Positions 50,604-60,050 of a stretch of DNA of 64,000 nt are shown here, piece by piece (the first letter of the stretch is position 1; each line of letters begins with the position of its first letter). Source of the DNA: Myxococcales bacterium (GTDB lineage: Bacteria; Myxococcota_A; Polyangia; Polyangiales; DASUME01). The notes beneath the pieces are model-generated. The model made no database searches and was not told the DNA's origin. It saw only the letters and a program-made list of their open reading frames with translations. The stretch spans positions 2,848,001-2,912,000 of the forward strand of contig JASGJH010000001.1 of NCBI GenBank assembly GCA_047601445.1. The letters run 5' to 3'. A program made the translations under genes and the position numbers.

Positions 50604-51860
50604 CTACGCGCCGATCTCAGCCATGAAAGCGGCGAACTCTCGCTCGAACCTTCCCCAGGCGGGCTCCTCACCGAGCAGTGTGTGATTGCTGCTGTCGAGG
50701 AGAACGAAGCGCGCACCATGGATGCCGGCCGCGAGCTCCATGCCATCCTTCACGGGCACGACGCTGTCGCCGCGACTGTGAACCACCAGTGTGGGGACGC
50801 GAATGCGCGAGAGGTGTTCGCGAATGTCGAGGTCGCCGAGCGCGGACAGGAGGGCGGCCGCATTCGCAGGCGTGGTGGTGACGCGCTGCAACTCGTTGAA
50901 CCAATCGAGCTGCTCTGCGGTGCCGCCCGGAAAAAAAGAGGACGTGAAAAACTGCCGGAAGAGCGCGTGATCGGCGCCCCAGCCTTGACGCATCAACACC
51001 AATAGCGCTTCCATGCGTTCGGTCAGCCGCGGATGGCTCTTGACGCGCCAGCCCCGCACGCAGCCACCGACCAGGATCAGCGCCGAAACGCGCTCCGGGT
51101 GCTGCGCGGCGTACGCCGCGGCCACGGCTGCCCCTTGAGAAATGCCGAACAGCGGTGCCCGCTCGACGCCGGCGGCATCGAAGACGACGCCCAGATCGGA
51201 CACGAAATCCTCGAAGCGCAGCGTGGGCGGTTTCCAGTCCGACATACCGTTACCGCGAGCGTCGTAGCGGATGAAGCAGTGGTCGCGGCTCAGGCGCAGG
51301 AGCCAGTGAGTCCAGACCGGACTGTCCCAGTCGAGTTCGAGGTGATTGAGCCAGTTGGCGGCCTTGACGAGAGGCCGTCCCTCTCCTAGGCGCGCATAGG
51401 CGAGCCGCGACCCATCACGCGCCGTGCAGAACTGGATGCGCTGTGTTCGCGAGCGAGGATCACGCGGGGCCACGAAAGCCGCGTCGCTCTTGGCGGCCGC
51501 GGGCCGTGGCGCCGGCTGTGGACCAGGGTCTGGACTGACCTCGCGCACGTTCGCGTGCAGGCGATAGCCCTGTCCGCGCACGGTCTCGATTTCAACCCCG
51601 TCCACCCCGGCGAGCGCGCGCCGCGCGGCGGAGATGTTCTGCTGCAGGTTGTTCGGCTCGACCACCACGTCTGGCCACAGTCTGTCGAGCAACTGCTGCT
51701 GCTTCTGCAGGGTTCCCGCCCCTTCGACCAGCAGCACCAACGTGTCGAATGCCTTGCCGAGGAGGGGAATGACTTCTCCGTCGCGAAGCAATCGTCGCTC
51801 GTGTAGCTCGAGGAGGAACGGGCCGAACTGGTACACCTTGGCAACGTTCTCCCCAGACAT
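50604..51860 (-). CDS. OmpR-type winged-helix DNA-binding domain fused to an alpha/beta hydrolase
   Basis: YQFGPFLL...LWPDVVVEPNNLQQNISAARRAL...IETVRGQGYR; GISQG nucleophile elbow. Confidence 0.9.
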   Translation of the reverse strand: MSGENVAKVYQFGPFLLELHERRLLRDGEVIPLLGKAFDTLVLLVEGAGTLQKQQQLLDRLWPDVVVEPNNLQQNISAARRALAGVDGVEIETVRGQGYRLHANVREVSPDPGPQPAPRPAAAKSDAAFVAPRDPRSRTQRIQFCTARDGSRLAYARLGEGRPLVKAANWLNHLELDWDSPVWTHWLLRLSRDHCFIRYDARGNGMSDWKPPTLRFEDFVSDLGVVFDAAGVERAPLFGISQGAAVAAAYAAQHPERVSALILVGGCVRGWRVKSHPRLTERMEALLVLMRQGWGADHALFRQFFTSSFFPGGTAEQLDWFNELQRVTTTPANAAALLSALGDLDIREHLSRIRVPTLVVHSRGDSVVPVKDGMELAAGIHGARFVLLDSSNHTLLGEEPAWGRFEREFAAFMAEIGA

Positions 51861-51912
51861 AGGGCCATTATGGACGATTTTCGCGGACTTCCCAGGCCAA
51901 CCTGCCCGTGCG

Positions 51913-52842
51913 TTACATCAACGGTGCCAGCGCTTCGACGACGCGGCCGAACTGCTCCGCGTCGATCAGGCCACGCAGCACCTCGGGAAAGCGCGTATCT
52001 CGTACGCCGGAGAGAATGTACTGATAGCGATAGGCCTTCAGGAACGTGGCGCGCACGGCACCCTGCTCCGCGGCTACGAAGCTGCGCCCCGCGTGGGCCA
52101 GGAAGTAGCCGGCGTCCGCGTCGGACTGGATCTGCAGCATCCCGTCGACTGCGCCGACGAGCTCGATCAGCCCGTCGATGGCCCGCTCCCGCTGCGCGGC
52201 ATCGATCCGCTGGTTCTCCGCAAGCCACTCGAGCTCGTCGAGAACCGCGTGCTGGCTCTCCTCCATCCAGTGAAAACGAAACACGTCCTGGAAGAACGGC
52301 GAGAGCTGGTCGTCTTTCGCGATGCTCTGCTTGTAGTGGCTCTGCGTGTACAGCTCGACCATCAGGACGAGCGCCAAGACGGACCACGCGGGCTTCGCGA
52401 GCACTGCGCCCGCCACTTCGTTGGCGTCCAGCATGAAGCGATAGCCCTCCGGCATCGCCTCCGCGGCGAGCAGTTCGATGCGCCGGAACAGCTCCTGATG
52501 CTTCAGCTCCTCATCGCTGAAGCGCACGAGCGCTTCGAGCGCCACCTGATCGCCGAACAGGTGCCGCGCAGTGAGCTGGAGCACCGTGGCGTTCACGGAG
52601 CGCTCCACGAGCCCGAAGAGGTTGGCGTAGGTGCGCCCCTGCACCTGACTGAGGAAGATTCGCTCCGACTCGCGCAGAAACGGCAGCTCGTGAGCGAACG
52701 ACAGGCCATCGGGCAGGAACTTGTGCCCGCGTTCGAAGTGGCGGCCACGGATGACGTCGGCATCGATGTCCCAGCGGGCGCGCTTGGAGGCGTCTACGGC
52801 GCGGGCGTAGCGATGAGTCTCGTTCTGTGCGGTGGTAATCAT
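51913..52842 (-). CDS. Ferritin-like di-iron protein (AurF/N-oxygenase-like)
   Basis: E-x-x-H pairs EELKH and EESQH with preceding Glu helices (LVE, MVE); AAGGAG RBS. Confidence 0.7.
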   Translation of the reverse strand: MITTAQNETHRYARAVDASKRARWDIDADVIRGRHFERGHKFLPDGLSFAHELPFLRESERIFLSQVQGRTYANLFGLVERSVNATVLQLTARHLFGDQVALEALVRFSDEELKHQELFRRIELLAAEAMPEGYRFMLDANEVAGAVLAKPAWSVLALVLMVELYTQSHYKQSIAKDDQLSPFFQDVFRFHWMEESQHAVLDELEWLAENQRIDAAQRERAIDGLIELVGAVDGMLQIQSDADAGYFLAHAGRSFVAAEQGAVRATFLKAYRYQYILSGVRDTRFPEVLRGLIDAEQFGRVVEALAPLM

Positions 52843-52925
52843 GATGGCTCTCTCCTTCTCGTGCGCATTCGCTGCGTCACTCGGAGAAACCTAGGCGCCG
52901 CGACGACCTGGGTCCTTTGAGGGAC

Positions 52926-52952
52926 CTGAGTGCTTCCTGAAAGGATCCTGAG
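52926..52952. promoter_or_regulatory. Three 11-bp-spaced CTGAR direct repeats upstream of the di-iron gene
   Basis: CTGAG 52926, CTGAA 52937, CTGAG 52948. Confidence 0.45.
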
Positions 52953-53047
52953 CCGCCGATCGGACCGATCCGAGCCAGAGGAAGCCCCGCGTTTCGATGC
53001 GTTTCCCCACCTTTTGACTGCAATTGGCCGAACAATTACTGGGCGAC

Positions 53048-53073
53048 GTATCCTGGCAGGCTCCTGATACGTA
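53048..53073 (+). promoter_or_regulatory. Candidate autoregulated ECF promoter GTATCC-N16-CGTA
   Basis: Identical boxes and spacing recur at 54004-54029. Confidence 0.65.
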
Positions 53074-53082
53074 GTGATCGAT

Positions 53083-53991
53083 ATGGAAGATCCGCCCGAT
53101 ATCCACGAACCCGGCCTATTCGAGCCGCGCTACAGCGCCTTTCTCGAGACGGTCGTTCACCTGCGCCCGCGGTTGCATCGCTATTGCGCGCGCATGACTG
53201 GCTCCGTACTGGATGGCGAGGAGGTGATGCAAGAGGCGCTCTTTCAAGCCTATCGAAAGCTCGATACGTTCGATGCAGAGAGGGCGCTGAGCCCCTGGCT
53301 GTTCCGGATCGCGCACAATCGCTGCGTCGATTTTCTGCGCCAGCGTGAGGCGCGGCAGGCAGCCGAAGCGGCCGTCACGAGCCCTGACCCGACGCCCGCG
53401 TGCGAACCCGAAGGCCGCGGGGTCGAGCGCGCCGTGGAGCACCTGGTGGTCCACCTCCCGCCGAAGGAGAGAGCCTGCATTCTCCTTAAAGACGTGTTCG
53501 ACTACTCGCTCGAGGAAATCGCCGAGCTGGTGGACTCGACGGTGGGCGGCGTGAAGGCGGCCTTGAGTCGTGCCCGGGCCAAGCTGGCGACCATCCCAGA
53601 GGCGAGCAGCAAGCCGGCGGCCAGCGAAGCGGAGTTGAGCTTGCTCCGCCTGTACGTCGAACGCTTCAATCGACGCGACTGGGACGGCGTGCGCGAGCTC
53701 ACCAGCCAGGATGCGCGCTTGCGGGTCGCCGATTGCTTCGCGGGGCGCCTCTCGGACTCGCCCTACTTCAGCGAATACGAGCATTCACGAGTCCCATGGC
53801 GGATGGCGCTCGGGCAGCTGGATGGCGCGACAGCAGTGGTCGTACTGCGCGATCTGGGCGGCGGGATGGAACCCACTGGCGCGGTTTTCCTGGAAGTCGT
53901 CGACGGACGGATCGCGCGCATCGCGGACTACTACAAGTGCCCGTGGATTCTTGGGGCTGCCGCGTCGATCGCCGTCGAAGGCGCCTCGTAA
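53083..53991 (+). CDS. ECF sigma factor with C-terminal SnoaL-like domain
   Basis: LHRYCARMTGSVLDGEEVMQE, WLFRIAHN, LPPKERACILLKDV...VKAALSRAR; YVERFNRRDWD tail. Confidence 0.9.
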   Translation: MEDPPDIHEPGLFEPRYSAFLETVVHLRPRLHRYCARMTGSVLDGEEVMQEALFQAYRKLDTFDAERALSPWLFRIAHNRCVDFLRQREARQAAEAAVTSPDPTPACEPEGRGVERAVEHLVVHLPPKERACILLKDVFDYSLEEIAELVDSTVGGVKAALSRARAKLATIPEASSKPAASEAELSLLRLYVERFNRRDWDGVRELTSQDARLRVADCFAGRLSDSPYFSEYEHSRVPWRMALGQLDGATAVVVLRDLGGGMEPTGAVFLEVVDGRIARIADYYKCPWILGAAASIAVEGAS

Positions 53992-54003
53992 CCCACAGGG
54001 CGC

Positions 54004-54029
54004 GTATCCCGCGACGCCTCGGTTCCGTA
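54004..54029 (+). promoter_or_regulatory. Second GTATCC-N16-CGTA ECF-type promoter, upstream of the isomerase gene
   Basis: Same boxes and spacing as 53048-53073. Confidence 0.65.
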
Positions 54030-54115
54030 CTAGGAGCAGAAGGTTCGCCTCGGCGTGCCTTCCGGGCGCCGCCCGCAGAGCGCGCTCCCCAACCGGAAAG
54101 TCTGGAGGCCACGCG

Positions 54116-54715
54116 ATGTCAGCGCAGATCGATTTCTATTTCGACTTCCTCAGTCCGTACTCCTATCTCGCGAGCATGGTCCTGCCACGCCTCGCGGCCG
54201 AGCACGGTGCCAGCATCAGCTACCGACCTTTCCGTCTCCGCGAGCTGATGGGCATCGTCGGGAATCGCCCGACTACCCTCGAGTGCAAGAACAAGGGGGT
54301 CTACGTGATGGCGGACCTGCAGCGCTGGGCGAAGAGTTATCAGGTGCAGTTCAGCCCCAACCCGGACTGGGCGAAGATTGATTTTGTCGAGCTCGGCCGT
54401 GGAGCCCTGGTCGCCATCGATGCCGGTCGAGGCGCAGCGTACGTCCATGCCGTCTTCGCCGCGCTCTGGAGCGAACCGCGGGATCTCAGCATGCGGTCGG
54501 TGCTCAGGAGCACGCTGGATGAGGCTGGCTTCCAGAGCGCAGACCTACTCGATCGGGCAGGGTCGCCGGAGTACGTGGCCAAGCTCGACAGCCTCACGAG
54601 CGCAGCTGCCGAGCGGGGTCTGTTCGGATCGCCCACGATGTTCATCGGCGACGAGATGTTCTTTGGCAACGATCGCCTCGAGTTCCTGGCCCAGGCTCTT
54701 CGCTCCGCTGCTTGA
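54116..54715 (+). CDS. 2-hydroxychromene-2-carboxylate isomerase / DsbA-like (kappa GST) protein
   Basis: IDFYFDFLSPYSYL...GLFGSPTMFIGDEMFFGNDRL; GGAGG RBS. Confidence 0.92.
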   Translation: MSAQIDFYFDFLSPYSYLASMVLPRLAAEHGASISYRPFRLRELMGIVGNRPTTLECKNKGVYVMADLQRWAKSYQVQFSPNPDWAKIDFVELGRGALVAIDAGRGAAYVHAVFAALWSEPRDLSMRSVLRSTLDEAGFQSADLLDRAGSPEYVAKLDSLTSAAAERGLFGSPTMFIGDEMFFGNDRLEFLAQALRSAA

Positions 54716-54797
54716 AAGCTCATGGGCACCGCCGCGAAGCGGCTGCCTGCCGGCGCTCTCTTGGCAGGCGCAACCTGGGCCTGCGGCCCCCATTGTG

Positions 54798-55946
54798 TCA
54801 GCGCTTGTTCGAAGGCCTGGCCGCGGAGGACGCGGAGCTCTGCTGGGCCGACGACCGGCCGCGCTGTTGGCCGCCTCGACGCCGGCTACCGTATTTCGCC
54901 TGCCTCGAGGAGGCCTGGGTTGCGTCGGAACTGCCATCGCGGCCGCGGCCACCTTTCTGTGGCGGTGGGCGGTTGGCTGCCTCGAGCATGCGTGCGGCGA
55001 CCTGCGCTTCGCGCTTTTGGGCGTACTTGGAGAGCGGCCGCGCTGCGTTCTCCGCATTCGCCAGCCCGGACGAGCTCTGCGTCGGATCCGACGCCCCGCG
55101 CATGCTGAGCCCCAGACGCTCGCGTCGACGGCGCTCGTCGCGGTTGGCATCGCCGATCAGGCCGAGCACCGAATCCGTGCTGACCTTGCGCTCCTCGGGC
55201 CGATAGCGCCCCACCAACTTCGTGTCTGGAGTGAGCTCGCCGCGCTCGTACAGGGCCCACATCTCCTGGGCATACGGCAAGGGCCGGTAGTCGGGCGTGA
55301 AGCGTGCGAGGAAATTGTGCAGGTTGTCCACGTCACGCCGCAGGATCTTGCGCGCGTTTTGATTGCTCGACGCATCGATCGCCTGCGGAAAGTCGATGAT
55401 CACCGGTCCGTCGAGGCCCATCAGCACGTTGAAGTCCGATAGGTCCCCGTGCACCACGCCCGCCGCGAGCATGCGCACCACCTCGGCGAGCATGTGATCG
55501 AACACCTGCTGGGCGCCTTCGCGGTCGAGCACCACGTCGCCAAGCCGCGGTGCCGGCTCATCGCCGTCCAGGCTGACCAACTCCATCACCAGCACCCCGT
55601 CGACGAAATGGTACGGGGTGGGCACACGGACTCCCGCGTCGCGCAGGCGATAGATGGTGTCGACTTCGGTGGTCCGCCAGGCGGCCTCTTCCCGGGCGCG
55701 CCCATGGCGTGAGCCCTTGTCCATCGCTCGCTGGTCCCGGCTGTTGCGCACCTTGCGGCCTTCGACGTAGTCCGCCCGGTTCTTGAAGGTGCGCTTCTGC
55801 GCATCCTTGTAGACCTTCGCGACGCGAAGCTCGCCGCTGGAGCGCACCAGATAGACCTGGGCCTCCTTGCCGCTCATGAGCGGGCGCAAGACCTCCTCGA
55901 TGATCCCGTAATCCATCAATGAGAAGAGCGTGTCTGGCGTACGCAT
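54798..55946 (-). CDS. RIO1 family atypical protein kinase
   Basis: LMSGKEAQVY, VAKVYK, VHGDLSDFN, IIDFPQA. Confidence 0.92.
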   Translation of the reverse strand: MRTPDTLFSLMDYGIIEEVLRPLMSGKEAQVYLVRSSGELRVAKVYKDAQKRTFKNRADYVEGRKVRNSRDQRAMDKGSRHGRAREEAAWRTTEVDTIYRLRDAGVRVPTPYHFVDGVLVMELVSLDGDEPAPRLGDVVLDREGAQQVFDHMLAEVVRMLAAGVVHGDLSDFNVLMGLDGPVIIDFPQAIDASSNQNARKILRRDVDNLHNFLARFTPDYRPLPYAQEMWALYERGELTPDTKLVGRYRPEERKVSTDSVLGLIGDANRDERRRRERLGLSMRGASDPTQSSSGLANAENAARPLSKYAQKREAQVAARMLEAANRPPPQKGGRGRDGSSDATQASSRQAKYGSRRRGGQQRGRSSAQQSSASSAARPSNKR

Positions 55947-56285
55947 CGAGCGATGTGCTTTTGCCAGATACGCAGACCGGGTTCAAACGGAAGGCTGCAG
56001 TGCTCGCGCACAGCCTGTCTCGGTGCTTGCCCGCCCGCGTGCTGGACGGCTAACCGCCGCGCCTCGCCAAGTCTGACCATCGTAGACCGGCAAGCGGATT
56101 GTCATCCGGGTCACAAGGCACTGCCCCGCACTCTCGGAGGCGCCGTGATCAGTTCGCCGCGCCGAGGCGCTTCGACCGACGCCGGCGCCGGAACGCCAGG
56201 GAGGTCAACGTGCCCAGGGCAAGCACGAGTCAAAGAACTGGGCTCGTGAGCGCCAGCCCTCTCGCTGCCCCCCGGTCCTTGCGGT

Positions 56286-56858
56286 CTAGAAGCGCACGAT
56301 CGGACCCAAGCCCACGGTCACCTCATAAGCCAGGCTGCCCGCACCGGAGAGGAGCGAGAAGCCGACGTCGAGATCGAAGCCGAACTTCGGGTGAGCCCAG
56401 AAGTAGCTGCCGGCCACGAGCTGGCCACCTCCGCGCAAGTGCGGTCGCTCGAGTCCGTACAAGAGAACCGGGCCCGCACCAAGGTAGGGATTGACCGTCT
56501 CCGTCACGTCGAATGAAAACTTGAGCAAAGGTTCGAAGGCCACCTGACCCGCACTCTCCTTCGGATCGACACCAACCACGCCCAACTCCAGTTCGAGAAA
56601 GTGCTGAATCAGGGAGCACTCGAAGAATGCCCCCAGGCCGCCGCCACGCTCGATCTGCTCATCGGCGCGTTCGGATACGTAGAGACCCTTGAGCCCGAGG
56701 ATCCAGCGCGACTCCTCGGTATGCGGACTGCGCAGGCCGCGCGGCTTCTCGGCATGGGCAACGGGAATGGCCAGGCTGAATCCGAGCATCGTCCAGAGCG
56801 CGAGCGTCCCACGGTTCGGCACCTTCGCAGGTTGCTCGCACGTCTGCCTGAGCGACAT
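56286..56858 (-). CDS. Small outer-membrane beta-barrel protein
   Basis: Signal ending AHA-E; alternating amphipathic strands; C-terminal Phe. Confidence 0.65.
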   Translation of the reverse strand: MSLRQTCEQPAKVPNRGTLALWTMLGFSLAIPVAHAEKPRGLRSPHTEESRWILGLKGLYVSERADEQIERGGGLGAFFECSLIQHFLELELGVVGVDPKESAGQVAFEPLLKFSFDVTETVNPYLGAGPVLLYGLERPHLRGGGQLVAGSYFWAHPKFGFDLDVGFSLLSGAGSLAYEVTVGLGPIVRF

Positions 56859-57023
56859 GTGATCGTCATCCTGACCAGGCCCTGGCATTTCGCAAGCGGC
56901 CGTGAGATCCCCGGGTCACCCCTGGAACTCCCGAGGGCGCCCAGCAAATCTGCGCCTTTTCCTTGAGATTTGCGGCTTTTCCGACGCTTTGCACGGGCAT
57001 GAGCATTGCTCAAGGGCCGCGCA

Positions 57024-58817
57024 ATGACAAAAACGCCGAATCGGATTGGATCCCTGGTCTGCCTCTGGGCTGCCCTCCTCGCTCCCGCCTGCGTCGACCC
57101 GAGTCCTGCACTAGAAGACGATGAAATTGATGAGCTCGAGCCGGAAGGTTCCGCTGCGTCGGCAGCTGCCCAAGCATCGGTGGCCGCGCCGGCCGCCGAC
57201 CAAGCCCCTGTCGTGCAAGGCAACACGTCGCCCTTGGCGGCCAGTCGACCCAATGTGTTGGTGATCCTGCTCGATGACCTCGGATACTCCGACTTCGGTA
57301 CCTACGGTGGCGAGGTCCGCACACCGAGCATCGATAGCCTCGCGCAGGCTGGCATCCGCTTCCGCGACTTCTACGTGACCCCGCGCTGCAGCCCTACACG
57401 AGCCTCATTGCTCACGGGACAATACACGCAGCAGGTGGTGACCGCGCCCGGCGATTCGCTGCCGCCCTTGCGCACCGACAACAACACGACCATCGCTGAG
57501 ACGCTGTCCTCGGCTGGCTACCGCACCTACCTGGCGGGGAAATGGCACCTCGGCACGACCGATGCGCAGGCTCCGCGCGCACGCGGCTTCGATCACGCGT
57601 TCGGCATTGGCGCCAAGGCGGCGGGGGCAGGCGCATTCAAGTGGGACAAGACCCTGTACGGCTTCCTCTCCAAGAACAACGAGATCCCGGCGCACACCTA
57701 CGGCGATGAGCCCAAAGCGTTCTATCAGTCCACCGCCATTGGCGACTACGCCCTGGACTTCCTGGCCCACCATCAAGCCAAGAATGATGGCGCGCCCTTC
57801 TACATGTATCTGGCGTTCAACGCGCCACACTTTCCGATCCAGGCTGACAGCGCCCTGGTGGATCGTGTACCCGCGGGCGGCCAGTCGTACGTGCAGATCT
57901 ACAACAAGGGCTGGAACCAGGCGCGCACGGACCGCTACCAGCGCATGCTCGATCAGGGCGTGATCGACTCCACGTTCGCCCTCTCCCCGCGCGAGCCCTT
58001 CAACGACCCGGTGCAGACCATTCCGAACTGGGGCACGCTCTCGGCGGCACAGAAGGCCGACCTTGTGCGCAAGCAAGCGCTCTACGCTGCCTCCGTGGAA
58101 GCCGTGGACACGGCGATCGGCCGCGTCGTCGCCCGCCTCAAGGCCACCGGGCAGTTCGACAACACGTTGATTCTCGTTCAGTCGGACAATGGCGGCAACT
58201 ACGAGGGCGGCGTGCTTGGCCAGGCCTTCGGTAGCGCGACTCCCGTCACGGGCGACAAGCTGGCCAACCTGGGACAGCCCAAGACCGGCGACGACGTCAG
58301 GGTCGGCGGTGGCTGGGCCAACGTGCAGAACACGCCTTTCCGCCTGTTCAAGCACTACACCCATGGCGGCGGCGTCCGCTCGCCGCTGGTGGTCTCGTGG
58401 CCGGCCAAGATTGCTGCACCCGGCGCATGGACCAATCAGGTCGCTCACGTGATCGACGTGGTACCCACTATCCTCGAGGCTGCCGGAGTCCAGCACCCGA
58501 CGACGTTCAACGGCCATGCTGTGCTTCCGCTCGAGGGCCGCTCCTTTGTGTCGTCCCTGGTCAATCCCACGACCACCCAGCCGCGCCAGCTCGGCTTCGA
58601 GCACGAGTCCAATCGCGCCTGGATCGACGGCAACTTCAAGCTCGTCGTGCGCCACCAGAACAACGACCAACTGGAGCTCTACAACTTGGCCAGCGACCCG
58701 ACGGAGCTCAACAACCTCGCGGCCGCGCAGCCGACTCGTACGTCCAACCTGGTAAGCGCGTGGAACGCCTGGGCCACGCGGGTTGGCGTGCCTGCCGCTC
58801 GCTTGCTCCCGCAATAA
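57024..58817 (+). CDS. Arylsulfatase (formylglycine-type), predicted lipoprotein
   Basis: PNVLVILLDDLG, CSPTRASLLTG, GKWHLG, SDNG, ELYNLASDPTE; LAPA-C lipobox-like. Confidence 0.95.
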   Translation: MTKTPNRIGSLVCLWAALLAPACVDPSPALEDDEIDELEPEGSAASAAAQASVAAPAADQAPVVQGNTSPLAASRPNVLVILLDDLGYSDFGTYGGEVRTPSIDSLAQAGIRFRDFYVTPRCSPTRASLLTGQYTQQVVTAPGDSLPPLRTDNNTTIAETLSSAGYRTYLAGKWHLGTTDAQAPRARGFDHAFGIGAKAAGAGAFKWDKTLYGFLSKNNEIPAHTYGDEPKAFYQSTAIGDYALDFLAHHQAKNDGAPFYMYLAFNAPHFPIQADSALVDRVPAGGQSYVQIYNKGWNQARTDRYQRMLDQGVIDSTFALSPREPFNDPVQTIPNWGTLSAAQKADLVRKQALYAASVEAVDTAIGRVVARLKATGQFDNTLILVQSDNGGNYEGGVLGQAFGSATPVTGDKLANLGQPKTGDDVRVGGGWANVQNTPFRLFKHYTHGGGVRSPLVVSWPAKIAAPGAWTNQVAHVIDVVPTILEAAGVQHPTTFNGHAVLPLEGRSFVSSLVNPTTTQPRQLGFEHESNRAWIDGNFKLVVRHQNNDQLELYNLASDPTELNNLAAAQPTRTSNLVSAWNAWATRVGVPAARLLPQ

Positions 58818-58862
58818 CAGCCTACCCACGCTCGCTCGTCGCTGGCCCGCGGCGCGCACGCA

Positions 58863-60041
58863 CTAGGAAAGCGGGATCGAAACCACGAACGTGGTGCCAG
58901 CGTCTCGCGACGATTCCACCCTGACGTCTCCACCGTGGGCCCGGGCAATCTGCCGAACGATGTAGAGCCCGAGGCCCACGCTCCGGCTGCCGACCGTACT
59001 CTCCTGAGCGCCTCGGCGGAGTGCCTCGAAGATGTGCGGAAGGAGCTCCGACGGGATCGGCTCGCCCTGATTGTGCACGCATAGCGTGAGCACCGGCGCG
59101 GGCTGCGAGGCGATGCCCGAGCGGATGACAATGGGTCCGACGGTGGAGCCGTAGTTGAGCGCGTTGTTGACGAGGTTCGTGACGATTTGCGCGAGCCGGT
59201 CGGGATCGGCGTTCGCCTCGCTCGGCCCGTCGTGAGTGTACTGCAGCGCTCGACCCGGCCACGCGAGCTTGAGTTCGTCGATGCTCTCTCGGATGGTGGC
59301 GGGCACCTCGAACGTGCGGCGGGTGACCCGCAGGCCTCCGCCCACCTGCGCTTGCGTGAAATCGAGCAGGTCCTCGATCAAGCGACTCGCGCGGTTGGCC
59401 GAGTTCGCGATGCGACTGGCGACTCGAGCCTGTACGCCCGAGACGCCGCTCGCGTGAAGCGCCGCCGCGTTGAGGACGATGGCGTTGAGCGGGCTGCGCA
59501 GGTCGTGGCTCACGATCCCCACGAGCTGCTCCGCCAGGATGGCCCGCTGCTGCGCCTCCTCTCCGCGCTCGCGCAGGACCCGGGCCAGCTCCTCCTTCGC
59601 AGCGCGTTCGCTCTCGAGCAGCTCTTCGGCCCGCTTGCGCGCCAGCAAGAGCTCACGCTCGTAGAGCCTTCTGTCGTCGAGCAAGAACACAGCCACGTCA
59701 TCGCGCACGACCCCGTGCTGGCTCCGCCGCGCGGCGTTGACGAGCACCGGCAGGGCGCGGCCACCGGCGTGCACCATCTCCAGCTGCACCTCGACGACCG
59801 CCCCCTGCATCTGCAGCAGCGGCATCCAGTGCGTCTGATGAAAGATCTTGCCGCCGACCGTGAGCAGGTCCTGCATGCGCCTGCGCGCGATCAGCTCCTC
59901 ACGTGTGAACCCGAGCCATTCACAGAACGTGCGGTTGACGTCTACGATGGCACCGTTCGACTCGGTGGATAGAAGCCCGCATGCCGCGTTCTCATAGAGC
60001 TCGCGTCCCAAGCCAAAACGACTCTCGTACGGCTCCGCCAC
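58863..60041 (-). CDS. PAS-domain sensor histidine kinase (RsbP-like PAS)
   Basis: YENAACGLL...IFHQTHWMPLLQMQG; IVSHDLRSPL, NLVNNA, GLGLYIV. Confidence 0.9.
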   Translation of the reverse strand: MAEPYESRFGLGRELYENAACGLLSTESNGAIVDVNRTFCEWLGFTREELIARRRMQDLLTVGGKIFHQTHWMPLLQMQGAVVEVQLEMVHAGGRALPVLVNAARRSQHGVVRDDVAVFLLDDRRLYERELLLARKRAEELLESERAAKEELARVLRERGEEAQQRAILAEQLVGIVSHDLRSPLNAIVLNAAALHASGVSGVQARVASRIANSANRASRLIEDLLDFTQAQVGGGLRVTRRTFEVPATIRESIDELKLAWPGRALQYTHDGPSEANADPDRLAQIVTNLVNNALNYGSTVGPIVIRSGIASQPAPVLTLCVHNQGEPIPSELLPHIFEALRRGAQESTVGSRSVGLGLYIVRQIARAHGGDVRVESSRDAGTTFVVSIPLS

Positions 60042-60050
60042 CGAGCCGCC

